Shown here one piece after another: positions 1-10,044 of a stretch of 64,000 nucleotides of DNA. Each line of letters begins with the position of its first letter. Position 1 is the stretch's first letter. The notes under the pieces are model-generated. The model was given only the letters and a program-made list of their open reading frames with translations, was not told where the DNA came from and did no database searches. Location: the NCBI GenBank assembly GCA_965222075.1, contig OZ244937.1, positions 4,256,001-4,320,000 of the forward strand, written 5' to 3'. Both the position numbers and the translations under genes were made by a program. This DNA comes from Candidatus Latescibacterota bacterium (GTDB taxonomy: Bacteria; Latescibacterota; UBA2968; GCA-2709665).

Positions 1-648
1 GCCATTTGTACAGCGCCGGACATCGGATCGGTTGCCGCACGCATCTACCAGGCCGGTACAGATCGGATTGACTATGTGGGGCTCTACATGCGGCGCTGGC
101 TCACGGTGGTGAACAGCCAGAACGTTTCAGAGCCCGAGTTTGTTTTTTCAGGCAGCGGTTCTGCGCTGTTCTGCCGGCGTGCGATGCTGGAGGATATCCG
201 GCTTTTTGGCGAGTATTTCGACGATGCCTTTTTTGCTTATTGGGAAGATGTAGACCTGGCCTGGCGCGCACAACTGCGGGGGTGGCGCTGTCTGTTTGCT
301 CCCACGGCGGTTGCCCATCACATCGGGTCTGCCTCTCAGGGGGGGCAGGTGCGCGTGGTGAACAAGCCGGCTTTTATACAGCGACACGCCTGGAAGAACC
401 GCTATCTGACCCTGACCAAGAATGCACCTTTGGGCGTTCTCCTTGCTCTGCTCCCCTGGCTGCTCCTGGCCGAGTTCCTGTACTGGCCCTATCTTCTTCT
501 CCGGATCCCCCACCGCCTCCCCGTTTTTATTCAGGTCCCTGTTGATTATCTGCGCCTCTTCCGAAATACGATCAAAAAGCGCCGCTGCATCCAGAAGCGC
601 CGACGGGTGTCCGATCGGGAGATTCTGAAATTTTTCAGGAAAATTTAA
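1..648 (+). CDS. Glycosyltransferase family 2 (rhamnosyltransferase-like), 5'-truncated by window edge
   Basis: Frame 1 is open from base 1. GT2 motifs SGSALF, FDDAFFAYWEDVDLAWR and P.AVAHH. Confidence 0.85.
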   Translation, partial: AICTAPDIGSVAARIYQAGTDRIDYVGLYMRRWLTVVNSQNVSEPEFVFSGSGSALFCRRAMLEDIRLFGEYFDDAFFAYWEDVDLAWRAQLRGWRCLFAPTAVAHHIGSASQGGQVRVVNKPAFIQRHAWKNRYLTLTKNAPLGVLLALLPWLLLAEFLYWPYLLLRIPHRLPVFIQVPVDYLRLFRNTIKKRRCIQKRRRVSDREILKFFRKI

Positions 649-709
649 CCCTACAACCTTCGCGTTGCGGATTTCGGAATGTCAGACGCAATCCGCATTC
701 CGAAGTTAA

Positions 710-1828
710 GTGTCCATGATCGATATCCTTTTTGTGATTACGCGACTCGCCGTGGGCGGCGCCCCCCGGAATGTTCTGGCCACCATCCAGGGGCTTGAGC
801 AGTCGCGGTACCGGATCGCTTTAGTAACAGGCCGGCCAGAGCCGAACGAGGGGAGCCTGATTGAGGTGGCGAAGGCGCTTGATGTAGACCTCCATGTCCT
901 GCCTTCTCTTCAGCGGGAGGTCCACCTCCTGCAGGATCTGAAGGCGTTCTGGCAGCTCTACCGGTTCATCCGGCGCGGGCGATACCACATTGTCCACACC
1001 CATATCTCAAAGGCCGGTATCCTGGGGCGTCTGGCGGCTTACTGCGCCGGGGTTGGGCGCATTGTCCATACCTATCATGGGGATATTTTTGAGGGGTATT
1101 TCGGGCCGTTCAGGAGTGCGTTATTTCTCGGGGTTGAGCGCACCGTCGGGCTGGTGACAGACCGGTTTGTGGTGGTCAGCAAGGCCCTCCAGGCCCGCTA
1201 CAGGAGCTATCGGGTCGGGCGGCGGCGGGTGTTTTTCGTCGTGCCCAACGGGATATGGACCGATTCGTTTCCCGCGCCCAGGCCCGAGGCCCGAAAGGGG
1301 AGCTGGGTGGGGACAGCGGCGATGTTCTATCCGATCAAACGGGTGGATCTCTTCTTGGAGGTGGCCCGCCGGGTGTTGCAGCAGCGGTCCGATGCAGCGT
1401 TCGTGGTTGCAGGCGGCGGATCCGAAGAGGCTACGCTCCGGCAGGTTGCGCGGGATTTGGGCGATCCGGTCCGGTTTCTGGGGGTGCGGTACGATATGTC
1501 GGAGCTTCTCTCTACGTTTGATGTGTTTGTGCTGTGCTCGGATTTTGAGAGCGCGGGCGTCAGTCTGATGGAGGCGATGCTGGCCGGCGTGCCGGTGGTG
1601 GCCACGCACGTGGGCGGCGTGCCGGAGGTGGTTACCCATGGAGAGACCGGTTTTCTGGTCCCTCAGGGAGACGTGGATGCCCTGGCCGGCGCCGTGCTTC
1701 GGCTGTTGGAGGACGCGGCCCTGCGCAGGCGGATGGGAAGGGCGGCGCGGGAGGTGGCGCTGAAGCGATTTTCGGCAGAGGATATGGTCCGTCGGCTGGA
1801 TGCGTTCTACGGCGAGGTGTTGGAATGA
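710..1828 (+). CDS. Glycosyltransferase family 4
   Basis: GT-B fold motifs HTHISKAG, DVFVLCS, E..G..LMEAM..G.PVVAT.VGG..EVV. Confidence 0.9.
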   Translation: MSMIDILFVITRLAVGGAPRNVLATIQGLEQSRYRIALVTGRPEPNEGSLIEVAKALDVDLHVLPSLQREVHLLQDLKAFWQLYRFIRRGRYHIVHTHISKAGILGRLAAYCAGVGRIVHTYHGDIFEGYFGPFRSALFLGVERTVGLVTDRFVVVSKALQARYRSYRVGRRRVFFVVPNGIWTDSFPAPRPEARKGSWVGTAAMFYPIKRVDLFLEVARRVLQQRSDAAFVVAGGGSEEATLRQVARDLGDPVRFLGVRYDMSELLSTFDVFVLCSDFESAGVSLMEAMLAGVPVVATHVGGVPEVVTHGETGFLVPQGDVDALAGAVLRLLEDAALRRRMGRAAREVALKRFSAEDMVRRLDAFYGEVLE

Positions 1829-1841
1829 GGGATAAAGGAAT

Positions 1842-3098
1842 ATGTCCTATGAATTTCTGATCGCGCGCAGGCACCTTCGGTCCATGCGCGGGCGGAAGCG
1901 GGTTTCGTTTACGGCCATCATTGCGGTGGTCGGCGTGGCCATCGGGGTGGCCGCACTGGTGATTGTGCTGTCGGTGATGAACGGGTTTTCGGGGATGATC
2001 TGGGACCGGCTGCTGGGGATAAACGCCCACATTACGGTTCGGAAGGCTTACAGCGAGCGGATTGAGGAATACGGTCCTCTGCTTCGGACGTTGGAAGAAC
2101 ACCCGGAGGTTGTAGGCGCATCGGCGTTCATCCAGTCCGAGGGATTTGTGCTTCGCCGTCCACCGGGCGGAGAGGTGATCAGTTCGGGGGTGCTGGCGCG
2201 CGGGGTAGATGCAGAGAGGGCGCTCAAAACGAACGATCTGTCCGACTACCTCTGGGCAGGGCAAGTGGATCTGTCGCCCCGACAGGTGGAGGGGAAAAGG
2301 GCCGACGGGATGGTGATTGGCCGCGTTCTGGCCGAGAAGCTGGGGGCGATGCTGGGCTCCGAAGTCCGCCTGGGGATCTTTCCTAAAGAGATGCTCCTGG
2401 GGCAAATGCCACCGCTGCGTCGGTATGTGGTGACCGGGATCTTTAATACGGGGTATTACGAGTTCGATTCGGGACTGGTGTTTATCTCCCTGGGAGCTGC
2501 GCGGCGGGATCTGCAGTGGGACGATGTGGTTACGGGGATCCGGCTCCGGCTTCAAGATCCCTTTGCGGCCGATCGGGTGGGGGAGAAGCTCCGGGAGGTG
2601 CTGCGGCAGGTCTATCCGGGTCTTTTCCCGTCTTCCTGGATGTCCCAGCACAGCAACCTCTACGTTTGGATCCGGCTGGAGAAGTGGTTCAGCTTTCTGG
2701 CCCTGAGTCTGATCGTGATGGTGGCCGGGTTCAATATTATCAGCATTCTGACGATGAACGTGTCCGAGCGGCGGCGGGAGATCGGGATTCTCAAGGCGAT
2801 GGGGGCCACGCCGCGGAGTGTGGGCCGGATTTTTACCCTAGAGGGTTTAAGCATCGGCCTTGCGGGCGTGCTGCTAGGGAACCTGCTCGGGTTTGCTCTC
2901 TGCTGGGTGCAGCAGCGGTACAAGCCCATCAAGCTTCCGGGGGATGTCTACCTTATCAGTGCGCTGCCGGTGGAGATGCACGTTTTTGATTTTGCCATCA
3001 TTTCCGTTGCTGCCCTTATCCTGTGTTACCTCTTCACCCTCCTGCCTGCTCGAGACGCAGCGTCTCTGGATCCGGTGGAGGCGATTCGATATGAATGA
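1842..3098 (+). CDS. lolE: Lipoprotein-releasing ABC transporter permease LolC/LolE family
   Basis: GVAIGVAALVIVLSVMNGF, ERRREIGILKAMGA, DPVEAIRYE. Confidence 0.85.
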   Translation: MSYEFLIARRHLRSMRGRKRVSFTAIIAVVGVAIGVAALVIVLSVMNGFSGMIWDRLLGINAHITVRKAYSERIEEYGPLLRTLEEHPEVVGASAFIQSEGFVLRRPPGGEVISSGVLARGVDAERALKTNDLSDYLWAGQVDLSPRQVEGKRADGMVIGRVLAEKLGAMLGSEVRLGIFPKEMLLGQMPPLRRYVVTGIFNTGYYEFDSGLVFISLGAARRDLQWDDVVTGIRLRLQDPFAADRVGEKLREVLRQVYPGLFPSSWMSQHSNLYVWIRLEKWFSFLALSLIVMVAGFNIISILTMNVSERRREIGILKAMGATPRSVGRIFTLEGLSIGLAGVLLGNLLGFALCWVQQRYKPIKLPGDVYLISALPVEMHVFDFAIISVAALILCYLFTLLPARDAASLDPVEAIRYE

Positions 3099-3151
3099 AC
3101 AACACATGCGGATTGTGGATTGTGGTTTGCCGTTTTACAAGAGAGGTCTCT

Positions 3152-5509
3152 GTGCCCAGACGTGAGCTCCAGGTGCAATCTTTTCGGCAGGGTGTGGTGA
3201 TCGGACTTGTGTTGATGGCCGTTCTGATTCCCCTCAGTTACTCTTTTCTACTTCACGATTACCGTGTCTCCAAGCTGGTTATTTTACAGGTCTTCACGGT
3301 CTTTCTGGCGGTTCTCTGGGTTGTGGGCATGGCACTGGACAGGGAGATCTTTCTCCTTGATACCCCCCTCTACTATACCTTTCTCGCCTTCCTTGCCGTC
3401 CAGCTCATTTCCCTTTTTCAGGCCCATAACGTTTTTCAGGGGCTGGATACGCTGTTCGAATATCTCTGTTACTTCCTGATTGCGGTGCTGGTGTTTCACA
3501 CCGTCCGGGAGGAACGTCATCTTTACCTTCTTGCGGGGACCATGGCCCTTACCGGGAGTATTGTGGCGATCATCGGGCTGCTCCAGCACAACGGTATCCA
3601 CAGCATCGATTTCTTCGGCTGGTGGGCCATCCCCTTCTACAGCCGGTGGAACATTCCTATTTCCACCATTGGAAACGTCAATTTTGTGGCCGGGTATTAC
3701 AATGTGGTCTTTCCAATTTCTCTGACGCTGATGTTCCTTTTTCGGAGGATCTGGCTGCGGGTTGCCGCCCTCCTGGCCTGCTTTCTGATGGCGTGCCACT
3801 TCGTGGTGTTGGGCAGCCGTGGTGGATGGTTGGGCGTCGCCATCGTTTTTTTTGTGTTGGGGGGGATGGTCCTGATGCGTCACTTCCGCATCGGCCACCG
3901 GGTTCTGGATATGACCTTTGTTTCGATCGTGATACTGGGGCTGGGCTGGCCGGTCCTGGAGGGTCTGATGTCGGGCGTCCATGTCGGGCCGGGCCGAAAC
4001 CTGGAGAGATTGGCGGGGGATTACTGGAAGAACGTGGTTCGCCGGACCGAGGATGCCCTCAGAAGAAAGGACGATTCGAGCCTGCAGCGGTGGCTTTTTT
4101 GGATGGATACGCTCCGGTTGATTTACGACCGTCCTCTGGTCGGGGTGGGGGTCGGGAATTTCGAATACAATTTTCCCCGGTATATGAGCCCCCAGACCCT
4201 GAAGAAAAAGATGGACGTGGAGCGCATCCAGAAGAGGGAGTTGATGCTGTTCCGGGCGCACAACGAATACTTAGAGGTGTGGGCCGAGACCGGCATCCTG
4301 GGATTTGGCGTGTTCTTGTTTCTGCTTTACCAGATCGGAGCGGCCCTCTATGGTTTGCTCAAGCGTTACCTCTGGGGGGAAGTCGATCTTTTTGTCGTGG
4401 GGTTGACCGGGGCGATTGCCGCCACTCTGGCGCATTCTTTGTTTAGTTCCAACCTGCAGGATCCTGCCTCGGCGTCCCACTTCTGGATCGTGGTGGGCAT
4501 GGTCTGGTCGCTCAAGCTCAACACCGAGGGGGAAACACGGATCGGCCTGTTGGCCACAAAGGCAGGCGGCGTTGTATTTGGGGTGGTCGGAGCCGGGATT
4601 TTGGCCCTGGTTGGAACCATTGTTCTTGGGTTGCAGACGATATGGGGATCCCATTACTTCCTCAGGGGCATGCACTGGTTTGAAAATAAGGCCTATGCCG
4701 AGGCCGGGGCCGAGTTTCAACAGGCGGTCCGTTACAGGCATCTCCAGGCTTTTGCGGTTTATGAGGCGCTGGGCCGTACCCGCTATAACCAGAAGCGCTG
4801 GGATGAGGCTGTTCAGGCGTTTCAAAAGAGCCTTCTTTACCATGAGAACAATGACAAGGCTCACTATTATCTGGGGCTGTCTCTGAGGTATTCGGGGAAG
4901 TATCAGGAAGCCGTGGCGCAGCTTCGTCGAGCAGTTGAACTCAACCCATTCTCCGGCGCGTTCCGTCTGGAGCTTGGAAACGCCCTGGGGCTTGCCGGTG
5001 ATCCTCAAGCAGCCGTTGAGGAGCTGCAGGGGACGCTTCGGCTGTATCCGAACGCCCCTGAGGTCTACCACGCGCTGGGCGGCAATTATAAGCGGGCTGG
5101 AGACCTGGAGGCGGCTGTGGAGGCTTACGAGCAGGCCATCGCCTTAAGACCGGGCGACCCCGAAATTCTGAACAGCCTTGCGGCGGTTTACCTTGATCAA
5201 TCAAACTTCGAGGGGGCGCATCAGATCTTCCAGCGCCTGGTGGGGGAGTGGCCGGCCCGGCCCGACTACCGGGCCAACTTGGGTGTAGCCCTTTTCTTTC
5301 TGGGACAACCGGAGGCTGCACTTGCCGCCTGTGCCCAGGCCCTGAAGATAGATCCCGATTTTGCCAGGGCATACGGCATTATGGGTTCGATCTTCGAAGA
5401 CGCGGGGGACCGATCCCAGGCCCAGAGAGCCTACCGGGAGGCGCTGAAACGGGATCCCAACGACCCAAAAGTTCGAGGTCGTCTCAGGGCGCTGGAAGAG
5501 AAATGTTGA
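3152..5509 (+). CDS. O-antigen ligase (Wzy_C) family membrane protein with C-terminal TPR repeats
   Basis: Multiple TM helices; GSRGGW, P..GVG.GNF, AHNEYLE..AETG..G; many TPR repeats at C-terminus. GTG start after GAGG. Confidence 0.85.
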   Translation: MPRRELQVQSFRQGVVIGLVLMAVLIPLSYSFLLHDYRVSKLVILQVFTVFLAVLWVVGMALDREIFLLDTPLYYTFLAFLAVQLISLFQAHNVFQGLDTLFEYLCYFLIAVLVFHTVREERHLYLLAGTMALTGSIVAIIGLLQHNGIHSIDFFGWWAIPFYSRWNIPISTIGNVNFVAGYYNVVFPISLTLMFLFRRIWLRVAALLACFLMACHFVVLGSRGGWLGVAIVFFVLGGMVLMRHFRIGHRVLDMTFVSIVILGLGWPVLEGLMSGVHVGPGRNLERLAGDYWKNVVRRTEDALRRKDDSSLQRWLFWMDTLRLIYDRPLVGVGVGNFEYNFPRYMSPQTLKKKMDVERIQKRELMLFRAHNEYLEVWAETGILGFGVFLFLLYQIGAALYGLLKRYLWGEVDLFVVGLTGAIAATLAHSLFSSNLQDPASASHFWIVVGMVWSLKLNTEGETRIGLLATKAGGVVFGVVGAGILALVGTIVLGLQTIWGSHYFLRGMHWFENKAYAEAGAEFQQAVRYRHLQAFAVYEALGRTRYNQKRWDEAVQAFQKSLLYHENNDKAHYYLGLSLRYSGKYQEAVAQLRRAVELNPFSGAFRLELGNALGLAGDPQAAVEELQGTLRLYPNAPEVYHALGGNYKRAGDLEAAVEAYEQAIALRPGDPEILNSLAAVYLDQSNFEGAHQIFQRLVGEWPARPDYRANLGVALFFLGQPEAALAACAQALKIDPDFARAYGIMGSIFEDAGDRSQAQRAYREALKRDPNDPKVRGRLRALEEKC

Positions 5510-5517
5510 GGTCTGAG

Positions 5518-5682
5518 ATGTATCCCGACGATTCCCGAAAGAATCCGATGAAAGATCCAGGACAGCGGCCCTCACAGATGCTTCTGATCCTGATGGCAAT
5601 CGGTATTGCCGTTGCGGTGACCTTTCTGGGAGGCCCCGTTCTGTATCTGTCCGAGATCTGGAAAGCGCGACCGCTGGGGTAA
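5518..5682 (+). CDS. Small single-TM hypothetical protein (54 aa)
   Basis: ATG after GAGGT; hydrophobic stretch MLLILMAIGIAVAVTFLGG; fills the gap between convergent genes. Confidence 0.45.
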   Translation: MYPDDSRKNPMKDPGQRPSQMLLILMAIGIAVAVTFLGGPVLYLSEIWKARPLG

Positions 5683-5700
5683 ATGATCCTGGGCCCTGAT

Positions 5701-6447
5701 TTAATACGTTGCGCGGCCTCCGCTGATGTCGTAGCACTGGCCGGTGGTGAAAGAGGCTTCGTCCGAGACGAGGAAATGGACGAGGGCAGCAACTTCTGCC
5801 GGTTTGCCGAGACGGCCCATCGGGATCTTTGAGGCCATGTAGTCGATTTGTTGCTGATCCATGCCCTCGGTGATTGAGGTTTCAATGAGGGCCGGCGAGA
5901 CGCAGTTGACCCGGATGGAGTGGGAGACGACTTCCTTTGCCAGGGCTTTGGTAAAACAGATGATGCCGGCTTTGGAGACGGAGTAGGGGATCATGTTGGG
6001 GTTTCCCTCTTTGCCGGATATGGATGCGATGGAGACGATGGTGCCCCGCTGCCGGTCGATCATTTGACCGATGACGGCGCGCGAGCAGAGGAAGACACTT
6101 TTCAGGTTGGTATCCAGGACGCGGTCCCAGTCCCCCTCGGCCAGGTCACGGACCGGGACGTCCCGGCCGACGATGCCGGCGTTGTTGACGAGGATGTCGA
6201 TTGCTCCCCAGCGTTCCTGCAGGGTGCGGACGGTGCGATTGACGTCGTCGGAGCAGGAGACGTCGGCCTGAATGGGGACCGCGCCGATGGCAGCGGCGGC
6301 GGTTTCGGCGGCCGCCGGATCGATGTCGACAACGGCGACTCGGGCGCCTGCTTCCAAGAGCCGCTGGGCAACCGCACGGCCGATACCTCGGCCGGCGCCG
6401 GTGACGATGGCGGTGCGGCCTTTGAGGGACATAGGGTCTGGAGGCAT
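5701..6447 (-). CDS. SDR family NAD(P)-dependent oxidoreductase
   Basis: TGAGRGIG, NNAG, YSVSK. Confidence 0.9.
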   Translation of the reverse strand: MPPDPMSLKGRTAIVTGAGRGIGRAVAQRLLEAGARVAVVDIDPAAAETAAAAIGAVPIQADVSCSDDVNRTVRTLQERWGAIDILVNNAGIVGRDVPVRDLAEGDWDRVLDTNLKSVFLCSRAVIGQMIDRQRGTIVSIASISGKEGNPNMIPYSVSKAGIICFTKALAKEVVSHSIRVNCVSPALIETSITEGMDQQQIDYMASKIPMGRLGKPAEVAALVHFLVSDEASFTTGQCYDISGGRATY

Positions 6448-6490
6448 GGTTGACCTTTCGGTTTGCAAAAGGGGTTATTGTAGGGGCAGA

Positions 6491-7447
6491 TTAGAAGTAG
6501 AGCAGATAGAACGTTTTTTCGGGATAGATCCGGATCGCGGGCGCAGGGAGGTGGACGAAACGGAGCGCGGATTTGACGCGCCGCCATATCTTTCCGCTGC
6601 CAGGTAGGTGAGCAGCGTTAAAATCGAGGGCAAGGAAGATCTCGTGCTGGGCCTCGATGAGGTCGGGGTATCCCCTGTTTGGCCCTTTGCTCTGCTTATT
6701 TGACCCGTGCATCCCCTTAGCGCCCACGCCCACGCCCAGCCCCAGATAGTCGGGCCAGACGCTGCGAGCTCTCTGCCAGAGCAGGTGCTCCATGTCCAGG
6801 GTCATCCAGAAGGTCATCCCCTCGTAATCATCGATTATCGACTCGTAATGGGGCCTGTTGCTCGCCTTTCGCTGGGCTCGGTCCCGATAGAGCGCGGAGG
6901 GGAAGTAACTCACTTTGAACCGGACGGCTTGCGCCCCGGGAAAGAGGGTGTGGACCAGAGGGACTGCCGCACCCAGCACGTTGGCCGTGAAATCGGGGAT
7001 GCTGAAGCCCCACTGATCGAACCGGGCATCCCGCATTTCGACGAAGAAGAGTTCCCCCAGGCTGGTCAGAGACCCCAGGATTGTCGATGTGCGCGGTGAG
7101 AATCCAACCCACGCGTAGATGCCGCCTATGCCCTCAGCGAGGGCAATGCCGGAAAAAAAGTGTCCGAATTTGTCCATGTTGAGGTAGGTGTCTCCGGACC
7201 AGTCGTTGATAAACCGGATGTGGTCCAGCTTTTTGCCCTGCCACCAGGTCCTGTCCAGGTACCGATAGACGACGTAATGGGCACCCCCTCCGCCGACGCC
7301 TACCAGGGCCAGCCGTTTGTAGCGCACGCCGGTTTTCCCCTGCACCGGAATCTGGGTTATTGAGTCGGGTTCATCCGCGTCCCCCGGAAGCGGGAAGAGG
7401 AGCAGCGTCAGAGACAGCAGGATGGGCTTTAAAGGGTGATGTTCCAT
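6491..7447 (-). CDS. Exported DUF2279/YfiM-like protein
   Basis: Signal peptide; MDKFGH, WGFS..D..AN..G, DDYEG.TFW. Confidence 0.7.
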   Translation of the reverse strand: MEHHPLKPILLSLTLLLFPLPGDADEPDSITQIPVQGKTGVRYKRLALVGVGGGGAHYVVYRYLDRTWWQGKKLDHIRFINDWSGDTYLNMDKFGHFFSGIALAEGIGGIYAWVGFSPRTSTILGSLTSLGELFFVEMRDARFDQWGFSIPDFTANVLGAAVPLVHTLFPGAQAVRFKVSYFPSALYRDRAQRKASNRPHYESIIDDYEGMTFWMTLDMEHLLWQRARSVWPDYLGLGVGVGAKGMHGSNKQSKGPNRGYPDLIEAQHEIFLALDFNAAHLPGSGKIWRRVKSALRFVHLPAPAIRIYPEKTFYLLYF

Positions 7448-7459
7448 CGGTGGCTCTTT

Positions 7460-8569
7460 TTAGAAGGGTTCGAGAGGTCGTTCTTCTAAGAGGAAGTCAA
7501 TCAGTTTTCGATTGGCGCGGGAAAAGGCATAGTTAGAGAGTTCATCCGGCGACACCCAGCGGGCCTCCACGCAGCCCAGCGGGCGGGTCCGACCGGACCG
7601 GTAGGCGCATTGGAAGGCGTGCATGGTGACGCTGAAGTGCGTGAAGGCGTGTTTGACGGTGCGGAAACGGCTCACGATCGCCACTTGCACCCCGGTTTCC
7701 TCCCGTATTCCCCGGAGGCAGCAGTCCTGCAGGGTTTCTCCGGTTTGCAGGCGAGCTGCAGGGAATTCCCAGAGCCCCCCCAGGAGGCCTTTTTCGGAGC
7801 GGCGGGCGATGAGGAGGGCGCCGCCTCGCCAGACGAGGCCCACGCCCATCGTGTGGTGGGGCCGCGCCTTTTTCGGGGCTTTGACCGGGAGCGATTCGGG
7901 ACGGCCCGATTGGAACGCGGCGCAGTGGGGGGCCAGGGGACACGTCGCGCAGTCTGGCAGCTTGGGACGGCACACAATGGCCCCCAGTTCCATCATCGCC
8001 TGGTTGTAGGCGCCAGCCTTCCCTTTTGGAAGGAGTTTGTCGGCCAGTTCCCAGAGGTGGTTTTTAACGCGGATCTGAGAGGTGTCATCGGCGATTCCGA
8101 AGAGGCGGCAGAGCACCCGGATGACGTTGCCGTCGAGTACGGCGTGATCGCGGTTGAAGGCGATGCTGAGCACGGCCGCCGTGGTGTAGGGTCCAAAGCC
8201 GGGCAGAGAGGCGAGGTCGTCGTAGGTGTCGGGGACAGTGCTGTTGAATGCTTTGACGATGGTCTGTGCGGCCCGATGGAGGTTGCGCGCCCGGGCGTAG
8301 TATCCAAGCCCTTCCCAGGCCTTGAGGATGTCGGCCCGTGGGGCCGCGGCCAGGCACTGGAGGGTGGGAAAGCGGGCCAGGAAGCGGTGGTAGTAGGGGG
8401 TGACGGTGCCCACCTGGGTCTGCTGCAGCATAAATTCGGCAAGCAGGATGTGGTAGGGGTCGCAGGTCCGACGCCAGGGGAGGTCCCGTTTGGTCCGGTG
8501 ATACCAGGCCAGGAGACGGCGCTGGATTGCGGACCGCTTTTGGGGAGGGATGTTGAAGGGGTTGTCCAT
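7460..8569 (-). CDS. mutY: A/G-specific adenine glycosylase MutY
   Basis: LPWR, EFMLQQT, WEGLGYY.RARNL, HhH-GPD, C-X6-C-X2-C-X5-C Fe-S motif, NUDIX-like C-terminus. Confidence 0.95.
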   Translation of the reverse strand: MDNPFNIPPQKRSAIQRRLLAWYHRTKRDLPWRRTCDPYHILLAEFMLQQTQVGTVTPYYHRFLARFPTLQCLAAAPRADILKAWEGLGYYARARNLHRAAQTIVKAFNSTVPDTYDDLASLPGFGPYTTAAVLSIAFNRDHAVLDGNVIRVLCRLFGIADDTSQIRVKNHLWELADKLLPKGKAGAYNQAMMELGAIVCRPKLPDCATCPLAPHCAAFQSGRPESLPVKAPKKARPHHTMGVGLVWRGGALLIARRSEKGLLGGLWEFPAARLQTGETLQDCCLRGIREETGVQVAIVSRFRTVKHAFTHFSVTMHAFQCAYRSGRTRPLGCVEARWVSPDELSNYAFSRANRKLIDFLLEERPLEPF

Positions 8570-8813
8570 ACTGGAAAGGGTCACAAAAGCGTTTTGGAAA
8601 CATACACCGAAGGAGGGGCGAGGCATGCCTCGCCTTTACGGTTTTTCCCTGTGGGGGCACCCAGGCGGGCCTTCACGGTTTGAACGGCCCCGGGGCCTCC
8701 CTGCCGACGACCATTGTCCCAAAGCCGAGGTAGAGGGCCTGATCGCAGTAAGAGGAGATCGAGGGTTTGGGCTTTTGGGCCATTTTCTTCGAGTGATCCC
8801 TTTTGAGTTGGGT

Positions 8814-9107
8814 CTACCCTTCGCGCTCTGTGTTGTGAGCGATTTCGCGGGCGTGTTTGGTAACGATTTTCTCGGGGGTTTTTCGAATGAGATTCCGGAT
8901 GGAGAGGAGAAAGATGAAAAGATCCTCTCCAAGGCCGAAATGGGGAACGAAGGCTTCGGGGATAAGATCGAACGGAGAAAGCACGTAGAGGACCGCGGCC
9001 ACAACGATCAGTTTGAGGTACCAGGGTACACGGGAATCCACCATCAACCGCCAGGACAGCCTGAGGTATTTCGGCAGGCGTATGAGGATTGAGAAGAGTC
9101 CGTGCAC
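8814..9107 (-). CDS. YkvA/DUF1232 family membrane protein
   Basis: YVLSPFDLIPE..P.FG..ED motif. Confidence 0.8.
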   Translation of the reverse strand: MHGLFSILIRLPKYLRLSWRLMVDSRVPWYLKLIVVAAVLYVLSPFDLIPEAFVPHFGLGEDLFIFLLSIRNLIRKTPEKIVTKHAREIAHNTEREG

Positions 9108-9148
9108 AGTTTGTGATACCTCCAGACGATCATCAACTGCCTGCTTTC

Positions 9149-10027
9149 CTACGACAGAAAGAAGGGCTGCGTCCAGGCCATCCGCCCGCCCTGGCCGTAG
9201 CATTCTACCCGGACGTAGGTGGTGTTGGATCCGTAGGTGAGGTCATCGGGGAGACGGAAGGCGGCACCGTTGCTGTCTACCGTCTTCTGAATGACGCCAT
9301 AATCGCTGATCAGTCGGATGCGCTGGGCGTCGGACGCTGCGGTGAAGATGGTGTTTTCCGTTGTCTCGATTGTTTGGATGGTGACGCCGGTGGAGGCATA
9401 GAAGCGGCCCGTCCGGAGGGCCTCTATAATGGCTTCGGGCGTCCGTTCGTCCACCTGTACTGTGCTCCAGCTTCTGGCCACGTCTTCGGGCCGGTGGGAG
9501 TCGTCGGTGCCAAACCCCCAGACCCGGCGGCCCTGAGAGAGGAGGCGGTCCCAGCGGTCGGTGGCCAGCGGGATTCCCTGAAGACGTTCGATCACGCCGT
9601 TGTAGATTTCGATGCCGACGTAGCCCTGAAGCTGTTCCATGAGTTCCTGGGGGAAGTGGTTGTAGTGGCTCTGCCAGTTGGGATGATTGAGGACGGCAAA
9701 GGCGCCCTGCGCTGCAACGGCGTTGATGACCGTCTGACGATCTTCCCGGGGTTCGACGATTTCCGTCGTTCCGATGTGGAGGATGTGGGGCCCCAGGGCC
9801 GTGACTTCGACCGCAGGAAGCAGGACCATCGCGGTGTGTTCACGATGGGCGTCCGGATCAACGAATGCGTCGTGGTCCGAGATCGCCAGGTAGTCGTACC
9901 CCCGACTTTCGTAGTCGGCAATGACCTCTTGGGCAGGGTGGGTGCCGTCGCTGAGGGTGGTGTGGCTGTGCAGGTTGCCCCTCAGCCATTCGCCGGACGA
10001 TCGGTAGGTGCTCGCAATTGTGGCCAT
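9149..10027 (-). CDS. PHP-domain (CehA/McbA-like) metallohydrolase
   Basis: GNLHSHTT.SDG, AISDH, NHP, DDSH. Confidence 0.85.
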   Translation of the reverse strand: MATIASTYRSSGEWLRGNLHSHTTLSDGTHPAQEVIADYESRGYDYLAISDHDAFVDPDAHREHTAMVLLPAVEVTALGPHILHIGTTEIVEPREDRQTVINAVAAQGAFAVLNHPNWQSHYNHFPQELMEQLQGYVGIEIYNGVIERLQGIPLATDRWDRLLSQGRRVWGFGTDDSHRPEDVARSWSTVQVDERTPEAIIEALRTGRFYASTGVTIQTIETTENTIFTAASDAQRIRLISDYGVIQKTVDSNGAAFRLPDDLTYGSNTTYVRVECYGQGGRMAWTQPFFLS

Positions 10028-10044
10028 ATCTCCTCTTTCGTTGT

